From a virus (taxonomy: Duplodnaviria; Caudoviricetes): a stretch of 63,394 bases of DNA. Location of the stretch: positions 1 to 63,394 of IMG/VR virus record IMGVR_UViG_3300030060_002858; one strand, given 5' to 3'. Shown in pieces: positions 8,591-17,213 of the stretch. Made by a program: the position numbers and the translations under genes. The notes below the pieces were generated by a model, which saw only the letters and a program-made list of their open reading frames with translations, had not been told where the DNA came from and ran no database searches. Numbering within the stretch: the first letter of the stretch is position 1; the number at the start of each line of letters is the position of its first letter.

Positions 8591-8821
8591 ATGGCATACA
8601 TCGGGGTTCATAGCGAGTGCGACATGGAACTTGCAATCGATCACACAATTGAGGTTGCTCAAGGAAGCAGCCCAACAAAAGTAGTTACTTTAGTTTTCAA
8701 TACTGAAGGAATGATGGAAATTTTTATGAACAATTTATTTGAAGAATTCGAAGTACAACAAGTTACCAAAAACAGCGGACTACATTTAGATATACACATA
8801 GCGGAGGAATCAAATGAGTAG
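8591..8821 (+). CDS. hypothetical protein
   Basis: GAGGT RBS; tight packing. Confidence 0.55.
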   Translation: MAYIGVHSECDMELAIDHTIEVAQGSSPTKVVTLVFNTEGMMEIFMNNLFEEFEVQQVTKNSGLHLDIHIAEESNE

Positions 8822-9479
8822 GGTATTAGTTATTGGTGATTTGCACCTACCGGCAGAACGTCCCGACTATTTAGACTTTTGCCGCAACCTTAGAAAAAAA
8901 TATAAAACAAACAAGACAGTCTTTATCGGTGATGTTATTGATCACCACAGTATTTCTTTTCACAACAAACACCCTGAAGAAGACTCAGCTGTTGCTGAAT
9001 ACCATAGGGTTCAAGAAGCTATGAAAGCATGGAAGAAAAGTTTCCCTGCTGCTTTAGTTTGTATCGGTAACCATGATGAAAGAATACAAAGACTAGGAGC
9101 AAGTGTAGGCATTCCCTCAATGTACATGAAACCTTATAAGGAAATTTATGATACACCAAATTGGGAATGGGAATATACTCATGTTATTGACGGGGTTATG
9201 TATACCCACGGAACGGGTCACTCTTCTGCTGCTGTAGTGCCTGCGTTAAACACCGCCAAGGCATCAATGACAAGTACGGTCAGCGGTCATATTCACTCTT
9301 CCGCTGCAATAGCATGGTCCAAAGGGCCAAACAACTCTAAGATTTTTGGATTTAATGTACCCAATGGGGTTGACGAGCATCACAAGATGATGTATTATGG
9401 TAAGAACTTCTTACGCAAACCAGTCAACGGGGCTGGCGTAGTAATTGATGGACATCCTTTTATGGAGATAATGGACTAA
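8814..9479 (+). CDS. calcineurin-like metallophosphoesterase
   Basis: GDLH, GDVID, GNHD, HG and GHIH motifs. Confidence 0.9.
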   Translation: MSRVLVIGDLHLPAERPDYLDFCRNLRKKYKTNKTVFIGDVIDHHSISFHNKHPEEDSAVAEYHRVQEAMKAWKKSFPAALVCIGNHDERIQRLGASVGIPSMYMKPYKEIYDTPNWEWEYTHVIDGVMYTHGTGHSSAAVVPALNTAKASMTSTVSGHIHSSAAIAWSKGPNNSKIFGFNVPNGVDEHHKMMYYGKNFLRKPVNGAGVVIDGHPFMEIMD

Positions 9480-9658
9480 TGGAAACTGTCGAACAACCAA
9501 CCGATAGCGAAGATAAGATCTGGATTCCTTATGAAGAGATCAAGAAGTATCTTGGTTCTTTACAGGAAACTCTAGAACAAATGTCAAACAGCATTGTTGT
9601 TTCGTTGGAAATGATTGAAACAAATGCAAAACAAATTAAGGAAAATGATAATGAATAA
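9479..9658 (+). CDS. small hypothetical protein (59 aa)
   Basis: TAATG coupling with GGAG upstream; fills the gap before ssb. Confidence 0.5.
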   Translation: METVEQPTDSEDKIWIPYEEIKKYLGSLQETLEQMSNSIVVSLEMIETNAKQIKENDNE

Positions 9659-10184
9659 GATTCAAGCTTTCACTACTGATACTGTTAATGTAGTCTGGTC
9701 TCACCTACACGCACCCGATGATAAGTTTGGTGCTGATTCCGCAAACCACAACATCACGATTCAAGTCGATGATGATCTTAAAGAGCAGCTTGACAATATG
9801 GTCAGCTCTGCTAACGCAACTAAGATCAATGGCTTTAAGGTTGATGACGAAGGACGTACTCTTCTTAAGGTAAAGTCTAAGGCTTTCGTAAAGAAGGGTG
9901 TTCACACTTTCCCTTGCCGTGATGCAAGCACTAACAGGACTGACGCAGTTCCGTTTGGCGGAGATACCGTAAGGCTTCGCCTCTCGCCCGCAGTTCTGTC
10001 TAGGGATAACTCGCTTAGTTTCTATCTTAATGGTGTTCAGATTATCACCAAGGAGATTCGAGACACCGGGGGCTTCGAACAGACTGACGGATTTGATGGG
10101 TCGAACTTTGTTCAGCCTGTTGAAAAGTCTAACGAAGATCAGGAGGCACCAGCTGAACCCGCTGGTTCCGATATCCCCTTCTGA
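9651..10184 (+). CDS. T7 gp2.5-like single-stranded DNA-binding protein
   Basis: HLHAPDDKF, GGDTVRL and SFYLNGVQI; acidic tail ending DIPF; position in the replication module. Confidence 0.8.
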   Translation: MNKIQAFTTDTVNVVWSHLHAPDDKFGADSANHNITIQVDDDLKEQLDNMVSSANATKINGFKVDDEGRTLLKVKSKAFVKKGVHTFPCRDASTNRTDAVPFGGDTVRLRLSPAVLSRDNSLSFYLNGVQIITKEIRDTGGFEQTDGFDGSNFVQPVEKSNEDQEAPAEPAGSDIPF

Positions 10185-10561
10185 TGCCTGAGTGGTTGTT
10201 CCCAATTAGTCCAGTAGCAGCAAGTAGGCCCCGCGTGTCGAGGCGTGGGGCCTACTTCGCTGGTCCTTACAAAAGATTTAGGAAAGACATGCAAACCCTA
10301 GTGTCTACGGTTATCGGAGAAGATTTTATTCCGTTAGAATCTAAACTAAAAGTAGACTTAGAATTATTTGTAACACAACCTAAAACAACTAAACTTTCTT
10401 TACCAAGAGCTGACATTGACAACTACATTAAATCTATTTTCGATTGTTGCAACGGCAGAGTTTGGGTAGACGATGCCCAGATTAAATCTGTTTACGCAGT
10501 TAAACAATGGCAAGACAAAGGTAAAGATGGTTATTTTATTCTAGGAGTAGATGAACTATGA
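10184..10561 (+). CDS. rusA: RusA-family Holliday junction resolvase
   Basis: RPRV, DIDNYIKSIFD and WVDDAQI motifs. Confidence 0.9.
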   Translation: MPEWLFPISPVAASRPRVSRRGAYFAGPYKRFRKDMQTLVSTVIGEDFIPLESKLKVDLELFVTQPKTTKLSLPRADIDNYIKSIFDCCNGRVWVDDAQIKSVYAVKQWQDKGKDGYFILGVDEL

Positions 10562-10935
10562 AACATATATGGGTATTGCTTTTGTTGGCAGGATGTACTA
10601 CAATCCCAAAAGTACCGGGCAGCACAGAGCTGCTGACAACAGCCTTGGATCAGGAGTCTTCATCTTGCAACCCAATGCTGGGACTACTGGGGGGATTGTG
10701 TTGTCTGGGCGGAATGATTATGTTGGTGATAACTCAGGGCAAAGTAGGATGGAGGCCCATCATAGGTGGTATAGTATTTATTATGATAAACTACGCATTG
10801 GCAATGTACGCTCACTGGTTCTTTATTCCAGTAGCGATCTCAACAGGAGTCATCGGCCTAGCCTACACCTCTCGAATAGTTATCAAAATTCTAAAGAACA
10901 AAGAACTCAAGGAGCTAAAACTATGGAACTCTTAG
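10558..10935 (+). CDS. putative membrane lipoprotein
   Basis: AGGAG RBS; lipobox LLLAGC; two to three hydrophobic segments. Confidence 0.65.
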   Translation: MKHIWVLLLLAGCTTIPKVPGSTELLTTALDQESSSCNPMLGLLGGLCCLGGMIMLVITQGKVGWRPIIGGIVFIMINYALAMYAHWFFIPVAISTGVIGLAYTSRIVIKILKNKELKELKLWNS

Positions 10936-11051
10936 CGTCAAACATTCTCGGTACAATCTTTTATACCTTAGTAGTCTTCGGGCTTGGTGCTCTAAGCGGT
11001 AAGAAAATCTGGCACTGGGTAAGAGCCTTCTTCCCTTGGAATAGAAAGTAG
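10923..11051 (+). CDS. small membrane protein (42 aa)
   Basis: AAGGAG RBS; MELLASNILGTIFYTLVVFGLGALSG.. is a single TM segment. Confidence 0.55.
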   Translation: MELLASNILGTIFYTLVVFGLGALSGKKIWHWVRAFFPWNRK

Positions 11052-11056
11052 AATAA

Positions 11057-12772
11057 ATGTCTAATGTAATTTCTAGAGAACAGTGTCCCTCTTGTGCTAA
11101 ACACGGGAGGGATACTTCTTGTGACAATCTTGTTGTCTTTGCTGACAATCACAAGCATTGTTTTAGTTGTGGATATCATAAACGAGGAGACTCCAGCGTG
11201 ACTCAAACATACAACCAACAAACTGTAAGTAATTTTGTAACCGGATCTGTAGTAGGTCTACCAGATAGAAAGATCAATGAAAAGACTGCACGTTTCTACG
11301 GATACCAGTGCATTGAAAAGGATGGCGGTCGCATTGAGATTGCTTCATTCTACAACAAGGATGGCAAGGTCGTAGGCCAAAAGCTTCGTGGTCCCAACAA
11401 GGCATTCCAGTGGAGGGGTCAGGCATCTAAGTCTCCGCTATGGGGACAGCATCTGTGGAAGTCTGCTGGCGGCAAGCGTCTGGTTATTACAGAGGGCGAA
11501 GTAGACTGTATGACTGTAGGTCAGTTGCTTGATTGCAAGTGGCCTGTTGTTTCTCTTCCAAGTGGTGCAGCAGGTGCGGCAAGAGCAGTCAAAGATAACC
11601 TAGAGTTTGTCACAAGCTATGATGAAATCGTACTTATGTTTGATATGGATGAAGCAGGACAAGATGCAGTCAAGGCTGTCGCTGACATCTTGCCTCCGGG
11701 TAAGTGTAAGGTAGCTACCCTGCCATACAAAGATCCAAATGAATGTCTTCTAAATGGTCAGGGCAAGTCAATTGTTCAGGCTATGTGGGAAGCACAGATG
11801 TACTCTCCAGATGAGATTGTACACGTATCAAACATTCAGAACGACAATAGTATTGATGACGTTCGAGTTTATCCTTTCCCCTTTGACGGACTATCAGAGT
11901 TCCTGCTAGGCCAACGAAGTGGGGAGATTACTCTATGGGCTTCTGGTACTGGATCTGGCAAGTCTACTCTGCTACGTGAAGTAATCTATCATCACCTTGA
12001 TGAAGGACGTAGTGTGGGTGCCATTATGCTCGAGGAATCTCCTCAAGAAACTATTGATGACATTATCTCTCTTATGCTCAACAAACCAGTGCGTGCAATC
12101 AGGGCAAAGAAAATGATGAACAAGCTTCGAGAAGAACTAGGCAAAGCTCCTATTGATATCTCTGTAATTGACGATCTTACTGACGAAGAGTATGCTAAGG
12201 CTCGTAAGCATCTTGAGGCTACTAACCTGTATATCTATGACCATCTAGGTAACAATGGTTTACAGAACCTATGTGCTCGCATTGAGTTTATGGCTGTATC
12301 TCTGGGCGTAGATGTTATTGTACTTGATCACATTACCGCAGCAGCCGCAGGTCTGTTGACTACCGATAATGACTTTGATGGTGGCAGTTCTGAACGATTG
12401 CTTATTGACAACATCATGAAGGAACTGCGTGGCCTAGTATCTAGAACAGGAGTGCGTATCGATGTCGTATCGCAACTTAAGAAAACTCAAAAGGCTTACG
12501 AAGAAGGAGATAGAATTACCCTGCAAGATCTTCGTGGCTCTGGTTCTCTTGCTTCAGTTCCTAATACTGTTATTGCTTTGGAAAGAGATCGACAGAATCC
12601 TGATCCCCGTATTGCAAACACAACAATTGTTCGCGTGCTAAAGAATCGATTGACTGGTAAGTCTGGCATTGCCTCTTGCTTGTTCTACGATCACGGCACA
12701 GGACGAATGCGTGAGTTAGATTTCGGTATTGATGACGAAGGTAATGTTGTCAATGACTGGGATGCAGTATGA
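11057..12772 (+). CDS. T7 gp4-like primase-helicase
   Basis: Zn finger CPSC..CFSC; TOPRIM TEGEVD and FDMDEAG; Walker A GTGSGKST; LDHI; DLRGSG; LKNR. Confidence 0.96.
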   Translation: MSNVISREQCPSCAKHGRDTSCDNLVVFADNHKHCFSCGYHKRGDSSVTQTYNQQTVSNFVTGSVVGLPDRKINEKTARFYGYQCIEKDGGRIEIASFYNKDGKVVGQKLRGPNKAFQWRGQASKSPLWGQHLWKSAGGKRLVITEGEVDCMTVGQLLDCKWPVVSLPSGAAGAARAVKDNLEFVTSYDEIVLMFDMDEAGQDAVKAVADILPPGKCKVATLPYKDPNECLLNGQGKSIVQAMWEAQMYSPDEIVHVSNIQNDNSIDDVRVYPFPFDGLSEFLLGQRSGEITLWASGTGSGKSTLLREVIYHHLDEGRSVGAIMLEESPQETIDDIISLMLNKPVRAIRAKKMMNKLREELGKAPIDISVIDDLTDEEYAKARKHLEATNLYIYDHLGNNGLQNLCARIEFMAVSLGVDVIVLDHITAAAAGLLTTDNDFDGGSSERLLIDNIMKELRGLVSRTGVRIDVVSQLKKTQKAYEEGDRITLQDLRGSGSLASVPNTVIALERDRQNPDPRIANTTIVRVLKNRLTGKSGIASCLFYDHGTGRMRELDFGIDDEGNVVNDWDAV

Positions 12773-13413
12773 TAGTAGTCGCAGGATCTGGTAGATGTGG
12801 CACCAGCCTAATGATGCAGACCCTCAACCTTCTGGGTGTTCCTTTAGTGGAAAACCCAGAGGGTTGGGGGAAACATCAACTATGGCTTGGTTACGAAGAG
12901 ACTAACAACTTAAATCTCTCAAGCCTTCCTACAAATAAAAACCCAAAAGGGTACTTTGAACTTTCATACAATAAAATATTTGATATAATACACAACAAAG
13001 ACACCGATAGGTATACTGGCAAAGCTATTAAGTTTACAACTCCAGAACTTATACATCTAGATCCAGATAAAATAGATCAGATAATTTTCTGCGAGAGAAG
13101 AAATATAAGGAAGGCCGCAAAGAGCATGGCTTTACTAGCTAGGCAAGATTATGATTACGCTGTAGAACATTGCCTTGAGTTTTGTTTTGCATCTATCTAT
13201 CCTTCTGTAAAGATTAGAGACTGGGAGAAACACATGAAAATGTTTAACGAAACAACAAAAGCTTGGATGAAAGCTATTAAAAAACCTAATCTACATGTTT
13301 GGTTTGAAGACTTAGTAAATACTCCAGAGCCAATAATACAACACCTAGGAGATTTTCTTAACTTAGATAACCCCGATACGTCAGAAGCCCTGAAGAATGT
13401 GGACAAAAAATGA
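12769..13413 (+). CDS. sulfotransferase-family P-loop protein
   Basis: IVVAGSGRCGTSLMMQTL (PAPS-binding-like loop), NPKGYFE and VWFEDLVNTP. Confidence 0.7.
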   Translation: MIVVAGSGRCGTSLMMQTLNLLGVPLVENPEGWGKHQLWLGYEETNNLNLSSLPTNKNPKGYFELSYNKIFDIIHNKDTDRYTGKAIKFTTPELIHLDPDKIDQIIFCERRNIRKAAKSMALLARQDYDYAVEHCLEFCFASIYPSVKIRDWEKHMKMFNETTKAWMKAIKKPNLHVWFEDLVNTPEPIIQHLGDFLNLDNPDTSEALKNVDKK

Positions 13414-15107
13414 GACTTGTATTCGACATTGAAGCCAATGGTTTAACCGAAGTAACTATTGCAAAGAATAAAGTACATCAAGAAGCTGATACTGTTTGGT
13501 GTATTTGTTTGTACGATTTAGATACAAACGAATCATACAGCTTTGGCCCCCATCAAATTGAAGATGGCGTAAAGATGTTAAGAGAAGCTACTTTGGTTAT
13601 TGGACACAATATTATTTCTTATGATATTCCTATGCTTGAAAGACTCTACGGGCCTATCAATCCGCCAAATGTATTTGATACCCTAATTGCATCAAGACTA
13701 AAGTATCCTGACAGAGACAACCATCCTTTTGGTAGCAACTCTCTCAGAAGCTGGGGTATTCATTTGGGTTGCTTTAAGGATGATTATAACGAAGGCTTTG
13801 ATTCCTATTGTGCAACAATGCTAGAGTACTGCAAGCAAGATGTAGAAGTAACTCGCAGAGTATATGAAGAGTTAAAAAGTGTAGAAAAGAATATGGAGCT
13901 TCCATTTAAAATTGAACAAGCTATTGCAAAGATCATTGCAGAGCAAACCGATAATGGCATGGGCTTTGATTTGCATGGTGCTAATGAACTAGAGCAAGAG
14001 CTACTTATGGAAAAGGTCACAATTGAAGATGAGTTCAATGAAATCTTCCCTCCAATTGTAGAAAAAAGGTTTCATAAAACAACGGGCAAGCCGCTTAAAG
14101 ACAAGGTAACTTACTTTAATCCCGGCTCTAGAAAAATGATTGCAGAAAGATTGAATGAAAAGTATGGTTGGAATCCTCCTCAAACAGAAAAGGGTAATCC
14201 CAAAGTAGATGAAGCTGTTCTAAAGGGACTAAAATATCCTGAGTCAGAAAAACTAATCGAATACTTTTATACAATAAAGCTGCTTGGTTTTATTCACGAT
14301 TGGATTACTCGTTCCGTAAATAGTCGTGACAGTAGAATTCATTCTAGTACCAACACTCAGGGTGCTGTGTCAGGACGAATGACATGTAGCCAACCAAACT
14401 TGCAACAAGTATCTAGTGATCCTCGTGCTCGGTCTTTGTTCAGGCCAAGAGATGGGTGGGTACAAGTGGGTATTGATGCTTCAGGTTTAGAAGCTAGGCT
14501 GTTAGCAAACAGAATGGCTAAGTATGATGACGGTGCCTTTGGGGATGTAGTTCTTAATGGAGACATCCACTCAGAAAATCAAAAGGCTGCTGGACTACCT
14601 ACTAGAGACAACGCAAAGACATTCTTCTTTGGTTTAATCTACGGTGCTGGAGACAAAAAGATTGGTAAGATAATTAATCGAGACGCAAAAGCGGGTAAGG
14701 AAGTAAAGGATAGATTCTTCCATAAAATGCCTGCATTAAAGAAGGTTCTCGATAACTGCCATTTTCAAATTGCAAAGAAAGGAACTATCACTTTGCTAGA
14801 TGGAAGAGAAGTCCCTTGCCGTGCTAAGCACAAAGCATTGAACGTACAAATTCAAGGTGATGGGGCTATACTAATGAAAGTTGCCCAAGCTATTCTTTAT
14901 AAGAAACTAGAACAACAATATCCAGATGATTATTCTTTTATGATTACTGTTCACGATGAATGGCAAATTGAGTGCAGCCCAGACATCGCATCAAAAGTTG
15001 GTCAAATGGGATGTGACTCTATTCAAGAAGCAGCCAAGTTTCTTTCTTGCAAAGTACAGATGGATGGTGAATATAAAATTGGAAATAACTGGAAGGAGTG
15101 CCATTGA
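13410..15107 (+). CDS. family A DNA polymerase with 3'-5' exonuclease
   Basis: FDIEA; GHNIISYD; YCKQD; motif A DASGLEAR; motif B RDNAKTFFFGLIYG; motif C VHDE. Confidence 0.97.
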   Translation: MRLVFDIEANGLTEVTIAKNKVHQEADTVWCICLYDLDTNESYSFGPHQIEDGVKMLREATLVIGHNIISYDIPMLERLYGPINPPNVFDTLIASRLKYPDRDNHPFGSNSLRSWGIHLGCFKDDYNEGFDSYCATMLEYCKQDVEVTRRVYEELKSVEKNMELPFKIEQAIAKIIAEQTDNGMGFDLHGANELEQELLMEKVTIEDEFNEIFPPIVEKRFHKTTGKPLKDKVTYFNPGSRKMIAERLNEKYGWNPPQTEKGNPKVDEAVLKGLKYPESEKLIEYFYTIKLLGFIHDWITRSVNSRDSRIHSSTNTQGAVSGRMTCSQPNLQQVSSDPRARSLFRPRDGWVQVGIDASGLEARLLANRMAKYDDGAFGDVVLNGDIHSENQKAAGLPTRDNAKTFFFGLIYGAGDKKIGKIINRDAKAGKEVKDRFFHKMPALKKVLDNCHFQIAKKGTITLLDGREVPCRAKHKALNVQIQGDGAILMKVAQAILYKKLEQQYPDDYSFMITVHDEWQIECSPDIASKVGQMGCDSIQEAAKFLSCKVQMDGEYKIGNNWKECH

Positions 15108-15613
15108 AATCTAGGATACAGGTGTGCTTTTATTCTTCAGAAGTCTCAGAGAGAGATCGCTTTGTTCAGTGGGCTACTGGGTCTGACGTTATTCATTGTG
15201 GTATAATGATTGACTATGAAGATATGAGCATTGTACTTTGTTCAGATAAATTTTTTAACGCAAGATTTATTAACTCAAAAGCATTTCATGAAAGGTACTT
15301 GACACCAAAATATATTGTAGACCTTGGTGAAAAAGATATCTCTGTTCAACAATTAGTAAATTATATTGACTGTAGTTACAGAGGAGACTTTAGGTCTATT
15401 GCATTCTGGTGGTTTGGTGGACGTTATTTATTTCCCACTCTCATACCAAAGACTTGCACTCTATTAACAACACAACTTCTTAGAATATGTGGGTACAAGA
15501 TAAAAGATTTTGTAAGCCCTCATCAACTATTAAAGGAATTTAAAGATGCAACTAATTATCCTATCCGGTCAAGCGGGAGTGGGCAAAACAACAATAGCTC
15601 ACATGATTGCTAA
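15098..15613 (+). CDS. putative permuted papain-like (NlpC/P60, YiiX-type) hydrolase
   Basis: The N-terminal His (VIHCGI) precedes the Cys (KTCTLL), with a terminal SPxxL. Start uncertain. Confidence 0.45.
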   Translation: MPLKSRIQVCFYSSEVSERDRFVQWATGSDVIHCGIMIDYEDMSIVLCSDKFFNARFINSKAFHERYLTPKYIVDLGEKDISVQQLVNYIDCSYRGDFRSIAFWWFGGRYLFPTLIPKTCTLLTTQLLRICGYKIKDFVSPHQLLKEFKDATNYPIRSSGSGQNNNSSHDC

Positions 15614-16268
15614 AGAAGCTTTTGAACTTGGGTTTATTCCTGTTATTGGTTCTTTTGCTAAAGCACTAAAAGAAGAAGCTGCTGAAAGAGGCTGCTCAAA
15701 AGAAGAAAACCCAGAAGGCTATCGAAAGTTTTGTCAAACTTTAGGAGCAGAAAAAAGACTAGAAGATCCTATGTATTGGGTTAATAAGTTTAATGAAGGC
15801 TTAGATAAACTAGAGAAAAAAGAACAAAGAGATCTTAAGAATAAAGAAAAGTATTGGGAGCGTTGTGTTATTGTAGATGACTGTAGATACGCAAATGAAC
15901 TTAAGTATGCAAGGGAGAAAAAAGCTACGACAGTCTTTATTATGTATGGTGAACGAGATAACCCTAACAAAACAAAAGGCTGGACTAATCATGAATCAGA
16001 AGAGATGGCTAACACAGTAGCAAACTCACCAGATCAATTTAATAATGTCTTTGAATACTTTCTTTACAATGACGCTGATATTAAGTCATTAGAAGAAAAG
16101 GTTAAAATAGCTACTCCCTTTTGGTGTAAGATACAAGCAGATGAAAATGCACCGGAAAGAATGAAAGAAATTTCTAGATGTATTTCTAATTTAATTGACT
16201 TGTTACTTCTTAGTTCTCTTGAAGAAGAAGAAAAGAAAGGCAACAATTTTAAGGAAGGCGCAGACTAA
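15546..16268 (+). CDS. deoxynucleoside monophosphate kinase-like protein
   Basis: LSGQAGVGKTT, FAKALKE, YWV and IVDDCRYANE motifs. Confidence 0.8.
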   Translation: MQLIILSGQAGVGKTTIAHMIAKEAFELGFIPVIGSFAKALKEEAAERGCSKEENPEGYRKFCQTLGAEKRLEDPMYWVNKFNEGLDKLEKKEQRDLKNKEKYWERCVIVDDCRYANELKYAREKKATTVFIMYGERDNPNKTKGWTNHESEEMANTVANSPDQFNNVFEYFLYNDADIKSLEEKVKIATPFWCKIQADENAPERMKEISRCISNLIDLLLLSSLEEEEKKGNNFKEGAD

Positions 16269-16489
16269 TGAGCAGATGGCAGACAAGATCAGACCCCTAT
16301 GGACCTTACAGTATTTCTCAAGGAAAGGCTTTTATAAAGTATAGCTATGTCCCTTTTGATTTGGGTAGTTTAGAACTAAACACCGTAGTAAATAATAAAA
16401 TACAAAAGCTAACAGAAGAACTTGATAAGTGGAATGAGCTTTTAAAAGAAAACAAAAAACTATTGGAGATGCGAAATGAACCAACCTGA
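16268..16489 (+). CDS. hypothetical protein, paralogue of 1192..1395
   Basis: Shares the YGPYxIS motif and a coiled-coil tail with 1192..1395. Confidence 0.65.
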   Translation: MSRWQTRSDPYGPYSISQGKAFIKYSYVPFDLGSLELNTVVNNKIQKLTEELDKWNELLKENKKLLEMRNEPT

Positions 16490-17213
16490 CTCTGCTATTC
16501 TTGATGGAGATATATTAGCTTATCAGACTGCGTTCTGGGCAGAAGCTCACGATCCTTCTGAGTTTCCTAAGAAACTAAAGGAGTTAGTAAAGAAATGGAC
16601 TCCTAGTAATGTGTCTTCCATTAGAGTAGCATTGTCTTGTAGTCGTAGCGATAACTTTAGAAGAGATGAATGGCCTAACTATAAAATTAGCAGAGAGGAT
16701 ACTTATACTCCTGAGTATTTAAAAGATATCAAAGATTACATTCACCACAATTACTTCACAGAAACGATTGACAAGCTAGAGGCAGACGATATAATGGGAA
16801 TCAATGCCCCAGAATCAATTGCTGTTACAATCGACAAGGATCTTAAAGGCGTTTCTGGTTGGCACTTTAATCCAGATAAAGACAAAGAGCCAAAGTTTGT
16901 TGACAAAGATTCTGCTTATAGATTCTTTTGCAAGCAGTGGATGACGGGCGATGCTACTGATTGTATCCCCGGATTGTGGAGAGTCGGTCCAAAAAGAGCC
17001 GACAAGTTCCTAGATGAATGGGAACAAGCAGACTGGGAAGATAGTATTCTTAATTTATATTTAGAAGAGAAGTATATGGTTAAAGATCCTTGCGGACTAG
17101 AGCCAGAACAAGTAGCGATTGCAATGGCACGCTGCGTAAAAATCCTAGATCATACTCAATATGATTATAACACCTTAGAACACACACTTTGGAACCCTAA
17201 AAATGGGTCATAA
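16476..17213 (+). CDS. T7 gp6-like 5'-3' exonuclease
   Basis: LDGDILAY, NFR..YK, LEADD, DKD and GDATDCIPG motifs. Confidence 0.92.
   Translation: MNQPDSAILDGDILAYQTAFWAEAHDPSEFPKKLKELVKKWTPSNVSSIRVALSCSRSDNFRRDEWPNYKISREDTYTPEYLKDIKDYIHHNYFTETIDKLEADDIMGINAPESIAVTIDKDLKGVSGWHFNPDKDKEPKFVDKDSAYRFFCKQWMTGDATDCIPGLWRVGPKRADKFLDEWEQADWEDSILNLYLEEKYMVKDPCGLEPEQVAIAMARCVKILDHTQYDYNTLEHTLWNPKNGS

Noticed and set aside
10551-10922. First 124 codons of the 166-aa ORF 10551..11051
   Set aside because: They overlap the lipoprotein gene entirely. Only the last 42 codons, which have their own AAGGAG RBS, look real.
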